A DNA stretch of 60,502 bases from an uncultured Microscilla sp. (GTDB lineage: Bacteria > Bacteroidota > Bacteroidia > Cytophagales > Microscillaceae). The translations under genes were made by a program, and so were the position numbers. Below the pieces are notes generated by a model. That model had not been told where the DNA came from, made no database searches, and saw only the letters and a program-made list of their open reading frames with translations. Every line of letters starts with the position of its first letter. The stretch's first letter is position 1. Location: assembly GCF_947493425.1 (NCBI RefSeq), contig NZ_CANLRP010000034.1:1-60502 (forward strand). Direction: 5' to 3'. Below are positions 1-9,451 of the stretch, one piece after another.

Positions 1-73
1 GCAAAAAATAGCCTCGTCTCAAAACAAAACCTCTACCTCAAGAATGGTAATTTAATTTCTCACCATTCCTAAG
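1..73. repeat. 73-nt repeat element, copy 1. It is truncated by the window edge, so its left boundary is unknown.
   Basis: It is near-identical to 43507-43579. Confidence 0.8.
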
Positions 74-100
74 TGAGGAGGAATGGTGAAAAACAAAAAA

Positions 101-132
101 ATCAATGACTTTGGAAACCATTGATTTTTTTG
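101..132. terminator. Bidirectional rho-independent terminator hairpin just 3' of the MVP gene. The stem is atcaatg/cattgat and it has T-runs on both strands.
   Basis: Inverted repeat at 101-107 and 119-125, followed by ttttttt on the + strand and ttttttgttttt on the - strand. It lies 17 nt past the stop of the 149..2686 (-) CDS. Confidence 0.55.
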
Positions 133-148
133 CTGGGTAGTAGTTGGT

Positions 149-2686
149 CTAGTCTTCGTTTTCTTCTATTTCATCGCTTTCAGCCTCGTTTTCGAGCACG
201 TGGGCAAGCTTAGTACCCTTAAGCATATTGCTAAATACATGGGCTACGCTTTTACCTCCCAATATGGCAAGTGGAGACATAGATTGGGCTACTTTTTCGG
301 CCAGGGCTTTGTCAGCAAAAGATTGTAACGCTGCAATGAGTTTAGGCGATACGGCTTCAGCCTTTTGTACTACAGCTTCTACATCAGCACGCAAAAGCTC
401 CAACTCTTGTTGTAATTCTTTCTGGGCAATGTCCAGTAGTAAATCTTCTTCTTTTTGCTTTCGTTCCAGTTCTGCATCATTTATTTGAGTGAGCAGGCTT
501 TGCTCTTCCAGGTTGGCTTCCAGGTTACGTCTTTTCGACTGAATTTCAGTATTGATGCGACTTAGTATCAGTTCCAGTTCTTTTTCGGCTTCTTTTTTCT
601 CTAGTTCAAATTGTTTCTGCACAGTGACAGATTTAGTAGCTGAAATTTTTTGATTAATGTCTTCACTCTTTTGGGTGAATTCTAGTTTTCGCTTTTCAGC
701 GTCTATGCGCAAAGTTTGTTTGACTACTTCTTGTTGGGCAGAAATGAGCAAATTTTCAATGCTAATATCGCTTAGGCGAATGTCAAGTACTTCGAGGTCA
801 TAGATGTGTACATTGTTTTCTTCAAACAACCTCCCTGGACGTTTATTGCTCTTACTTGAGGCGCCCAATACTCCATTTCGTAAGATATCAATGCCATTGC
901 CGTAAAAATCCATAATTGTATGTTTTTTCACCAAATTGCGAATGAACGAACGCATATGGTCAGTTAAGAACTTGACGTAGTTTTGCACATTAAACCATTT
1001 CTCAGGATCGCCGGTAAAGTTTACTCTATAAGATAAAGTAATGCTTACCTGAGTAAAATCAGAAGATTCGGCTTTTACTATATCAGAGATTTTATTGTGC
1101 AAAGCGCGTAAATATACAGTGTCTATGGTGTTTTCGGTAGTTTTGGGAGTACCTGTAGAAAGTGTGATGGCTTCCAGACTTTCGTCATACTCCAATAAGT
1201 AAGTTTGAGGTCCTACAATAACCTTTCGTTGCCCAGTTTTACTCACCACCAAAATAGCGTAGCCTGTCCATAGATTAATGGTTACTGCGCCATCATACTT
1301 TGTGTCTAAGGTAATGGTACGAGGTGGGGTAAAAGTTTGGTCACGGGTAAACTCATCCCCGGCCATTTCTTTAGATACTTTTTCTTTCTTTTTTCGGCGA
1401 GGCTTTTCAGCAATTTCTTCATCAAGTGCTTCTGCTTCTACTGCTGCTGATGGCTCAGCCGATACCTCAAGATAACCCTCGGTAGATTTTCGTCTTTCAA
1501 GCTCACCTTTGAGGTGTTTGTTATACTCCAGTGCTTCGCTGTTGCCCGGAAACCACAATTTTACTTTTTTAGGATCAAGCACCCGTTTCACAAAAACGGC
1601 TTCGCGAGGATCGGGCAAAAACATAGCAGGTCCTTTTTTAAGCGATACTTTACCCGTTTTACGGTTGAGGTAATAACGTCCTTCACCCGCTGGGATAGCT
1701 ATGGCATAATGCCTTTCTTTATTCCCATATTTTATAATGGCATGTTCAGGGCGAGGGTAATAAATCATTTGTTCTTTACCTGTAATAAATAATTCTTCTC
1801 CTTCTTTGTAGGCCTGCCCGTTTTCTTCATAAGGTGCAATCACTTTGATATACAAGCCGCTCATTTCGTTGAGCTCTATTGCCTTAAATTTACGTGAGCC
1901 ATTTCGGTAGACAAACTCCTCGGTGGGTTGAGGAAAAACCACGGCAGGTCCTTGTATATAACGTTTATTGCCATCCTCATCCAGCAAAATACAATATTCT
2001 AATCGTTCTAATGTAACAGCTTCTCTCACATAGTTGCCATTGACATCACGCACTACTTCTATGCCAGTAGGAGGAATATAAAAAGAAACAGAGTCCCCTT
2101 TGATAATAAGCATTTTGCCCATAGTCAAGTCGGGCATATCTTCAATGTTGGTTACCTCAGCAGTTTCGCTTCCATCACTGTTTTCTTCTTCATCTTTGGG
2201 GTGTTCTGCTGAACTTTTGGTTTTTATCACTGCTTTTGCCCAGTTTTTATGGGCTTCGTCTTCGTCGTATACCCTTACAGCCAGGTATTGATTAGACCTG
2301 AGGTTGTGCCCCCTCAGTACTTTTACCATTTGCCCTGGCCAAAGCGCAAAATTGATAGGACCAGGAATGTTTACTTTACGTCCTACATTTAATGCAACCA
2401 AATTACTTACTGTACCATTTTTGGGTTGGGTGCCATCTTGAGGTGGGTTTTTCATGACCACATACCAGCCTTCAGGTGCAGTTGTAAAAGTCTGCAGAGA
2501 TTTATCCAGGGTACAACGGTCAAATTTCTTGCTTTGAGCGTCAAATATCACAGGTTTATCAGTATTCGCCAAACTGGTTTTGTAGGGACCAACATATACG
2601 TTGATATTCCCTTTGGTTTGGTCAGAAATAAAAGCAAATTCATTGGGGGTGAGCACCAAGTCGCGCTCGCGGTTTGAGTCTGACAT
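149..2686 (-). CDS. Major vault protein (MVP) homolog. It has N-terminal MVP repeat domains and a long C-terminal coiled coil (cap-helix-like).
   Basis: 845 aa, close to eukaryotic MVP size. Recalled similarity to human MVP includes VYVGPYKT vs VEVGPKTY, LFITGKEQMIYYPRPEHAII vs WLIRGPLEYVPSAKVEVV, RYYLNRKTGKVSLKKGPAMFLPDPREAVF vs [28 protein letters not shown], and EAITLSTGTPK vs FTVLSLSAGRPK. The C-terminal ~150 aa is a Glu/Leu/Lys-rich coiled coil like the vault cap-helix. Confidence 0.8.
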   Translation of the reverse strand: MSDSNRERDLVLTPNEFAFISDQTKGNINVYVGPYKTSLANTDKPVIFDAQSKKFDRCTLDKSLQTFTTAPEGWYVVMKNPPQDGTQPKNGTVSNLVALNVGRKVNIPGPINFALWPGQMVKVLRGHNLRSNQYLAVRVYDEDEAHKNWAKAVIKTKSSAEHPKDEEENSDGSETAEVTNIEDMPDLTMGKMLIIKGDSVSFYIPPTGIEVVRDVNGNYVREAVTLERLEYCILLDEDGNKRYIQGPAVVFPQPTEEFVYRNGSRKFKAIELNEMSGLYIKVIAPYEENGQAYKEGEELFITGKEQMIYYPRPEHAIIKYGNKERHYAIAIPAGEGRYYLNRKTGKVSLKKGPAMFLPDPREAVFVKRVLDPKKVKLWFPGNSEALEYNKHLKGELERRKSTEGYLEVSAEPSAAVEAEALDEEIAEKPRRKKKEKVSKEMAGDEFTRDQTFTPPRTITLDTKYDGAVTINLWTGYAILVVSKTGQRKVIVGPQTYLLEYDESLEAITLSTGTPKTTENTIDTVYLRALHNKISDIVKAESSDFTQVSITLSYRVNFTGDPEKWFNVQNYVKFLTDHMRSFIRNLVKKHTIMDFYGNGIDILRNGVLGASSKSNKRPGRLFEENNVHIYDLEVLDIRLSDISIENLLISAQQEVVKQTLRIDAEKRKLEFTQKSEDINQKISATKSVTVQKQFELEKKEAEKELELILSRINTEIQSKRRNLEANLEEQSLLTQINDAELERKQKEEDLLLDIAQKELQQELELLRADVEAVVQKAEAVSPKLIAALQSFADKALAEKVAQSMSPLAILGGKSVAHVFSNMLKGTKLAHVLENEAESDEIEENED

Positions 2687-3085
2687 ATTGTTTCGTCTTT
2701 TGATTGTTCGGTATCTGGTTTTTGAGCAGTTATATTTAGTATAATCAACACTGCTTTATAGTTGAATGAATTTACACAAAAATTTCACCTTTTTGAATAA
2801 TGACCACACTATTTGTTATTTATTCACCAAAAAGCATAAGGCAGCAACTAACCCAAAGTAGTGGTAAAACAGGAAATTTTATATTGTAAATATTTGATAG
2901 AAAAATTACCCAAGTTTACCCACTTTGCAGGTGCTTAGGGGGGAGTTTTGAGACCTAAATCAAAACAACTAGAGTGAGTTTTGAACTTATCGCCTAAAAT
3001 TTTCTATTTTCGCAGCATATTCTATCCTACATGTTGGAGAATGCATGTAGAGTAATTTATCATTGATAGTAGAAACCAAAGACTT

Positions 3086-6000
3086 ATGTTTGAGTTTAAG
3101 AAAATTAACAATATGGTAGGTTGGGCTATTTTTGCCATTGCTACCATAGTTTATATGCTGACTGTTCAGCGAACAGCCAGTTATTGGGATTGCGGCGAAT
3201 TTATTGCCTGTTCATATAAATTACAGGTTCCTCACCCGGCAGGAGCTCCTTTCTTTTTGTTGCTTGGGCGCATGTTTTCTTTCTTGGCTCTGGGCGATGT
3301 AACACAGGTAGCCTTTTGGATCAATACCATCTCAGCTTTAGCAAGTAGCTTTTCTATCCTGTTTTTGTTCTGGTCTATTACTATGCTAGGGCTTAAGCTT
3401 TTACCAGTTAAAAACGAGCAAGATTTATCTCCCAGCCAAATTATTATGTTAATGGGAGGAGGCGCTATAGGAGCATTGGTATATACTTTTTCCGATTCGT
3501 TTTGGTTTTCGGCAGTAGAAGCCGAAGTATATGCGATGTCCTCGTTTTTTACTGCCTTTGTTTTTTGGGCCATGCTTCGCTGGGAGCGTATAGACGACCC
3601 TCGTAGTTCTAACCGTTGGTTGATTTTAATTGCCTATATGATGGGCTTGTCTATTGGGGTACACTTGTTGAACCTGGTGGCAATTCCAGCCTTGGGTTTG
3701 GTATATTATTATAAACGTTACAATACCTACAACCTGCTAGGTATTGTGGCTGCATTGGCTGTAGGCGGTGGTTTGATTATATTGATTATGTACGGCATTA
3801 TCCCTGGTTTACCTACCTTGGCGGGTAACCTTGAAATCACCTTTGTCAATAGTTTTGGTTTGCCTTTTGGATCAGGTATTTTGTTTTTTATGGTAGTACT
3901 ATTGGGAGGCGTTACCTTTGGTGTGTACTACACGCAGAAAAAAGAAAAAGTATTGGCAAACACTGCCATGTTGTGCCTTACATTTGTTTTGTTTGGGTAT
4001 GCGTCTTACGGCATTGTATTGATTAGAGCCAACTATAACCCTCCTATCAATGAAAACGACCCCAGCGATATTGTACGTTATGTATCTTATTTGAAACGTG
4101 AACAATACGGTGATCGGCCTTTGGTACATGGGCGCACTTTTATGTCTCAAATTACTAAGCAAGACAGAGGAGAGGCAAAATACCGCAAGGATGACAAAAG
4201 TAAGCGTTATGAGATTTATGATTATAAGATTAAAAATACTTATGACAATACGATGTGGTTTCCTCGCATGTACAGTAAACAGTCCAATCACCCCGACTTG
4301 TACCGTGAACGTACTGGTTTAGCTAAAGGACAAAAACCCAGAACTATACATAACCTGAAGTTTATGTTTTCTTATCAGTTGGGGCATATGTATTGGCGGT
4401 ACTTTGGCTGGAACTTTATCGGACGAGAAAGCGACATTCAAGATGCTGGTGTAGCTACCTTTACCAGCCGTAGCGATTTGCCCGAAGGGATTGCTAAAAA
4501 CAAAGCACATAACAAGTTTTATGGCATACCACTTATATTAGGATTATTGGGGGTATTATTTATGCTCATGCGTAACCAAAGGGTAGGGTTAGTTACTGGA
4601 ATGTTATTTTTCCTTACTGGAATAGGCTTAGTACTTTACCTCAATTCGCCCCCGGTAGAGCCTCGCGAGCGCGATTATATATATGTAGGTTCCTTTTATG
4701 TGTTCGCCATTTGGGTAGGTTTTGGGGTCATGTTCATGGCAGAAGTCTTGCAAGGGGTGCTCAAAAAAGGATTGGCTGCACCAGTATTGGCAACTGCTAT
4801 CTCGTTAGTTGCCCCTGTGATCATGGCTCAGCAAGGTTGGGATGACCACGATAGATCGCGCCAATATCAATCTATTGAGTCTGCCAAAAACCTTTTGAAT
4901 TCGTGTGCCCCCAATGCTATTTTATTTACCGAAGGCGACAATGATACATTTCCGTTGTGGTATATACAAGAAGTAGAAGGCTTCCGTACCGATGTAAGGG
5001 TGTGTAACCTGAGTTTATTGGGTACTGCCTGGTATGCCCGCCAAATGACTCGTAAAACTTACGAATCGGAGGCTTTACCTATCACGTTGAAGCCTGAAAA
5101 TTACCAGACTGGTACTAACGACTACCTTACTTATTGGGCGGCAAATCAGGGAAGTCGATTCAACGAGCGAGTAGCAAATGGCATGCTAAAACAAGGCTTA
5201 AACCTAAATAGCTACATTGGTTTGTTGAATAAACAAGATAAACGATTGTATCAATCAAGGGGGAATGATGGTATTTATACATACCCTTCTAAACTATTGG
5301 CTATTAATCAAAACAAGGCAGCTATTATCAAGCAAAAAGATTTTGTTCCTAAAGATTTACACGATAAGATTCCATCTGTAATGATTTGGAATATGGGTAA
5401 ACAATACATTTATAAGCACCATTTGTTGATGTTGGATATTATTGCTACCAACGCCAAAAACGGCTGGAAGCGACCCATATATTTTACCAGTAATATTAGT
5501 GGTAATAATTCATTGAATCTTAAAGAGTTTATGCAGCTCGAAGGGTTGGCTTATCGCTTGTTGCCTGTACGTGTACCGGGAGCAAAAGATGGTTTTGTAA
5601 ATGCTGAACTGATGTATAAAAACATGATGCCTGTAAAGCTGGGTGGCATAAGCGATGGTAAAAACAAGGGATTTTTCTATCGTGGACTAGATGACCCCAA
5701 GGCATACCATGATGAAAACGCAAGGCGCTTTCCTACTACTACCCGTTCTTCTTTCCGACGTCTGGTGCAGCAGTTGATCAAAGAGGGTAAAATGGATAAA
5801 GCTAAAAAAGCAGCTAAATTCTGTTTAGAGGCAATTACTGATGAAGCAATTCCTTACAGTATGTTCTTTACACCTTTTATCGATGAGTTGTTTAAGGTAG
5901 GTTTGGAAAAAGAAGCACTTGAAATGGCACGAACAATAGGGCAAAGGGTAGAGCAAAAACTCAACTATATTTATGATAATAATTTGAGAAAAAGGAACCC

Positions 6001-6148
6001 TAACTCGTTGCGTTATGCCATGTACAATCTTTACTCTTTAGTAAATGCTTTGCAAGGTCAAAAAGGGAAAGAAGCTCAAGCATTGCATAAAAAATATGAC
6101 CAAGTTCAGAAGAACAATATGGGGCGATTTAGCAATGCCTTTGAATAA
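3086..6148 (+). CDS. DUF2723-family large polytopic membrane protein. It is a putative GT-C-fold (PMT/ArnT-like) glycosyltransferase.
   Basis: 1020 aa. The N-terminal ~560 aa contains at least 10 hydrophobic helices and a YWDCGEF acidic loop motif near the first helix, as in PMT/ArnT-type transferases. A large soluble C-terminal region follows. Size and architecture are typical of Bacteroidetes DUF2723 proteins. Confidence 0.65.
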   Translation: MFEFKKINNMVGWAIFAIATIVYMLTVQRTASYWDCGEFIACSYKLQVPHPAGAPFFLLLGRMFSFLALGDVTQVAFWINTISALASSFSILFLFWSITMLGLKLLPVKNEQDLSPSQIIMLMGGGAIGALVYTFSDSFWFSAVEAEVYAMSSFFTAFVFWAMLRWERIDDPRSSNRWLILIAYMMGLSIGVHLLNLVAIPALGLVYYYKRYNTYNLLGIVAALAVGGGLIILIMYGIIPGLPTLAGNLEITFVNSFGLPFGSGILFFMVVLLGGVTFGVYYTQKKEKVLANTAMLCLTFVLFGYASYGIVLIRANYNPPINENDPSDIVRYVSYLKREQYGDRPLVHGRTFMSQITKQDRGEAKYRKDDKSKRYEIYDYKIKNTYDNTMWFPRMYSKQSNHPDLYRERTGLAKGQKPRTIHNLKFMFSYQLGHMYWRYFGWNFIGRESDIQDAGVATFTSRSDLPEGIAKNKAHNKFYGIPLILGLLGVLFMLMRNQRVGLVTGMLFFLTGIGLVLYLNSPPVEPRERDYIYVGSFYVFAIWVGFGVMFMAEVLQGVLKKGLAAPVLATAISLVAPVIMAQQGWDDHDRSRQYQSIESAKNLLNSCAPNAILFTEGDNDTFPLWYIQEVEGFRTDVRVCNLSLLGTAWYARQMTRKTYESEALPITLKPENYQTGTNDYLTYWAANQGSRFNERVANGMLKQGLNLNSYIGLLNKQDKRLYQSRGNDGIYTYPSKLLAINQNKAAIIKQKDFVPKDLHDKIPSVMIWNMGKQYIYKHHLLMLDIIATNAKNGWKRPIYFTSNISGNNSLNLKEFMQLEGLAYRLLPVRVPGAKDGFVNAELMYKNMMPVKLGGISDGKNKGFFYRGLDDPKAYHDENARRFPTTTRSSFRRLVQQLIKEGKMDKAKKAAKFCLEAITDEAIPYSMFFTPFIDELFKVGLEKEALEMARTIGQRVEQKLNYIYDNNLRKRNPNSLRYAMYNLYSLVNALQGQKGKEAQALHKKYDQVQKNNMGRFSNAFE

Positions 6149-6172
6149 AAAATAATTACTATCAATGTATAT

Positions 6173-6206
6173 AAAAAGCACCCTCATTTGAGGGTGCTTT
6201 TTTTGT
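6173..6206 (+). terminator. Rho-independent terminator after the DUF2723 gene.
   Basis: agcaccctca-tt-tgagggtgct is a perfect 10-bp stem, followed by ttttttt. It starts 25 nt after the stop at 6148. Confidence 0.8.
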
Positions 6207-6279
6207 AAAGGTCAAATTTATTTGACTACCTGTTTTTTATGACTCAAATACTGTAATTAAACATAAATATGCTGTAGTT

Positions 6280-8013
6280 TTGTTTAGTAAAACTAAAACC
6301 CTTAAAGTCTTGACCAATCAACAAATCTTTAATTTACTTAAGTTACACGCATCTTTGCTAGAGCTACATGGCGAAAATAACTTTAAAGTACGTTCGTATC
6401 ACACCGCAGTTTTTAATATGGAGGCTTTGACTGAGCCTTTGTCTGACATGTCGCTCAAAGAGCTACAGGAGTTAGATGGAGTGGGCAAGGCTATAGCCAC
6501 CAAAATAGACGACATCAATCAAACCAGCACCTTTAAGCAGTTGGAGGAATATCGAGCAAAAACCCCTGAAGGGTTGATAGATATGATGGGGATCGACGGA
6601 TTGGGAATCAAGAAAATAAAGGTAATTTGGGAAGAGTTAGGCATTGAAGATATAGAGGCTTTGTTGCTGGCTTGCGAAACTGATCAACTTGCTCAGGTCA
6701 AAGGCTTTGGACAAAAAACCCAGGAAAACATTAAAAACTCGCTTTTGTTTCGCAAGGCTAATGCACAACGCTTGCATTATGCCCAAGCCGAGACATTGGC
6801 ACAACAACTCAAGGATTATTTACAGGAAAAATCTCTTTCAGGTAAGTTTGAAGTAGTAGGGCAAATCAGACGTAAGCTCAATCTGGTAGACCAGGTACAG
6901 GTAATTGCTACTACCCCACAAGAAGAGTTATTTACAGCCTTGACAAACTGTGAGTTTTTGGAGCAAAATCTCAAAAATACAGGTTTGTATGCTTGGCGAG
7001 GTAAATTTGCCAATAGCCCACTTAGGGTAGAAGCTCGTTGGTGTACTGCCAATGAGTTTGCTGGAGAAGTATTTATTCATTCGGCTAGTCCTACACATCT
7101 GGAGTATGCCGAAGCTGGAATGCCCACATTATACCAAATAGCTCGCGAGCATAAACTCCCTACCGAAGAAGCTATTTATCAAAAAGCCAACCTTGCTTAT
7201 GTGGTACCCGAAATGCGTGAAGGTGATTTTGAGCTGGCGCTTGCCAAAACAGGTAAGCTTCCTAAATTACTGGAAGTGAGCGATTTGAAAGGTATTCTAC
7301 ACGCCCACTCTACCTATAGTGATGGCAAAAATACTTTAGAAGAAATGGCGCTTGCAGTAAAAAATGCCGGGTATGAGTACTTAGGCATTACTGATCATTC
7401 TCAGTCGGCTTTTTATGCCAATGGTTTACCAGTGGGCAGAGTACTTGACCAGATCAAAGAAATAGATGCGCTGAACGAAAAACTGGCTCCTTTCAAAATA
7501 TTTAAAGGAATGGAGTCGGACATTATAGCCGATGGTGGGCTTGATTATGACAATGATATTTTGGCCAAATTTGATTTTATCATTGCTTCTGTTCATTCAG
7601 GATTGAAAATGGCAGAAGAAAAAGCTACATCGAGATTAATCAAAGCTATAGAAAACCCTTATACTACGATGTTGGGGCACCCTACCGGGCGTTTATTATT
7701 AAGGCGTGAGGGCTACCCTGTAAATCACAAAAAAATAATAGATGCTTGTGCTGCAAACAATGTGAGCATTGAAATAAATGCCAGTCCTTGGCGATTAGAT
7801 ATAGACTGGCAATGGGTACACTATGCTATAGAGAAAGGTGTAAAATTAAGTATCAACCCTGATTCGCACGAGGTTGGCACCATTGATCATGTATATTATG
7901 GTGTGTGTGTAGGGCGAAAAGGTGGGTTAACAAAAGAAATGACGTTAAATACACTCGGAGTTGACACTTTAGGTAAATATTTTGCGGATCGAAAAAAACA
8001 AAAAGGGATTTAA
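6280..8013 (+). CDS. polX: Family X DNA polymerase (PolX) with a C-terminal PHP phosphoesterase domain.
   Basis: The N-terminus (LELHGENNFKVRSYHTAV) matches the PolX HhH/8-kDa region. The C-terminus carries the PHP motifs HAHSTYSDG...GITDHSQSA...ASVHSG...GHPTGR. The listed start is TTG, so the true start is uncertain. Confidence 0.85.
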   Translation: MFSKTKTLKVLTNQQIFNLLKLHASLLELHGENNFKVRSYHTAVFNMEALTEPLSDMSLKELQELDGVGKAIATKIDDINQTSTFKQLEEYRAKTPEGLIDMMGIDGLGIKKIKVIWEELGIEDIEALLLACETDQLAQVKGFGQKTQENIKNSLLFRKANAQRLHYAQAETLAQQLKDYLQEKSLSGKFEVVGQIRRKLNLVDQVQVIATTPQEELFTALTNCEFLEQNLKNTGLYAWRGKFANSPLRVEARWCTANEFAGEVFIHSASPTHLEYAEAGMPTLYQIAREHKLPTEEAIYQKANLAYVVPEMREGDFELALAKTGKLPKLLEVSDLKGILHAHSTYSDGKNTLEEMALAVKNAGYEYLGITDHSQSAFYANGLPVGRVLDQIKEIDALNEKLAPFKIFKGMESDIIADGGLDYDNDILAKFDFIIASVHSGLKMAEEKATSRLIKAIENPYTTMLGHPTGRLLLRREGYPVNHKKIIDACAANNVSIEINASPWRLDIDWQWVHYAIEKGVKLSINPDSHEVGTIDHVYYGVCVGRKGGLTKEMTLNTLGVDTLGKYFADRKKQKGI

Positions 8014-8124
8014 TGTTTTGTGTTGTACCAGGGCTATAGATTAGTGGCTGGTATAGGACAAAATTTAAGGCTGTGAGGTGGTGTTTTGAGGTGAAAGGCA
8101 TAGTCGTTCCCTATTGTACAATAT

Positions 8125-9216
8125 TTGCACACACACCATCTAAACAGAACTATGAAAAATATTATTTTAGACGAAGTAAAGGGGTTGATTCAAGACGAAA
8201 ATATTGGTGATGCTCTTCAAAAACTCAGTGGGTTTGTCGAAGAGCAACGTCAGGAAATGCACAATGTTTTGAGTATCCAACAGAGGTATTACAATGACTA
8301 CCTTAACCGTATTGACGACCTGTCAATGAGCGAAGAAATCCACTCGCAAATAAAAACTAATTTGTGCCATAGTTTGCTCAAAATAGTAAACAATATAGAA
8401 GAGACGACCGAAAAAGTAGCTGAGCCAAGCATAGCTCCCATGCCTAATAAGTTTGACATAGACTATGTACTACCTGAGCACAGTACTGTATTTATTATAA
8501 TCGATGCTGATACCCCTACCACAGCCGAAGACCTGATCAGTACAGTATACCACGATGAATCTTTTCAAGAGGCACAAGTGTTGATTGTAAATGTAGAGCA
8601 ATATGCGTATTTTGATGAGTTTTTGACCGATTTGCAAGCCAATCACCTAGAAGGCTATCCAATGAATGCTTATGGCAAAGATTGGGTGGTAGGCAATCAT
8701 ACCCGTTTTTTTAAGTCTTTTGTATTGCCACATCAATGGTTGGCTTCTCAAGGTGAAGAGAAAGTTAGTGACGAGAACGAAAAACCTGAGGAAGAAGGGC
8801 AGGTAAAAGCGACGACTACTGAGGAGGAAACAGGTGAATTGTTAGAAGCTAATACAGAGGATAAATCATTGGTCGATGCACGTTTACATATTCCCTTTAA
8901 GGACACAGGTATACACATCAAGTTTAAGTCATATTACGATTGGTGCGAGTGTAATTTTTGGGGAGTTGTTAATAGTGGTTTTGAGACTGCCTATGGTTTG
9001 TTTACCTCTGATGAGGCGGTTTTTCAAGATATTTTTTCGGGTGAATTTTCGTCAAAACTTACGGGTGAATTTTTTAGCTTGATTCAAAAAAATGCCCCTG
9101 ATTTGCCTTACAAAAAATACAGTGAAGTAAACCCTGATGACTATAAATATAAGCTTATCATTCAGCCTTATCAGCCTTTAGATAATGTACCCAACAAATC
9201 GGTTTTTATACTTTAG
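8125..9216 (+). CDS. Hypothetical protein. Its N-terminal helical domain resembles the effector-associated domains (EADs) of conflict-system proteins. The C-terminal ~250 aa is uncharacterized and has an acidic linker.
   Basis: The likely true start is the MKNIIL Met at 8152. The N-terminal pattern (IILDEVKGLIQDENIGDALQKL...LSIQQRYYNDYLNRIDDLSMSEEIHSQIKTNLCHSLLKIV) matches the leader...LSSRYNRLE...G.IS.EE...RN.I..ALL.LI style I recall for Bacteroidetes EADs. I recognise no catalytic motif. Confidence 0.5.
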   Translation: MHTHHLNRTMKNIILDEVKGLIQDENIGDALQKLSGFVEEQRQEMHNVLSIQQRYYNDYLNRIDDLSMSEEIHSQIKTNLCHSLLKIVNNIEETTEKVAEPSIAPMPNKFDIDYVLPEHSTVFIIIDADTPTTAEDLISTVYHDESFQEAQVLIVNVEQYAYFDEFLTDLQANHLEGYPMNAYGKDWVVGNHTRFFKSFVLPHQWLASQGEEKVSDENEKPEEEGQVKATTTEEETGELLEANTEDKSLVDARLHIPFKDTGIHIKFKSYYDWCECNFWGVVNSGFETAYGLFTSDEAVFQDIFSGEFSSKLTGEFFSLIQKNAPDLPYKKYSEVNPDDYKYKLIIQPYQPLDNVPNKSVFIL

Positions 9217-9325
9217 TGATTTGACTTAATTTTGGTGGGTTGTGTTCTCTGGCGAGCCTTAAAAGTAGCTGTGGGTGAACTTGAGTAGCCTATGACTCGG
9301 TCACCTAATCTTTGAAACGGCCTAA

Positions 9326-9380
9326 AAAAGTTATCCACCAGTTATCCACAAAAAAACAAAGTGAAATGTGGATAACTTTT
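9326..9380. promoter_or_regulatory. Cluster of DnaA-box-like 9-mers (TTATCCACA) forming a perfect 10-bp inverted repeat, gttatccaca N16 tgtggataac.
   Basis: ttatccacc at 9331-9339, ttatccaca at 9342-9350 and tgtggataa at 9367-9375. The cluster lies in the convergent intergenic region between the 8125..9216 (+) and 9452..10018 (-) genes. Confidence 0.5.
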
Positions 9381-9451
9381 GGCTTTAAAATTTACTGAGG
9401 ACTTGTTGAACGCTTTGCCTAAAGGTAGAGGTAAAACTTTTTTGTAGTAAA

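Noticed and set aside
3038-3061. 7-bp inverted repeat ctacatg…catgtag in the MVP/DUF2723 divergent promoter region, considered as a possible operator.
   Set aside because: It is a single short palindrome with no second copy. That is too weak to call.
3232-5723. Several 60-130-aa ORFs on the opposite strand or in other frames within the DUF2723 gene (e.g. 3232..3573, 3899..4291).
   Set aside because: They are fully embedded in a long, well-supported CDS, so they are typical shadow ORFs.
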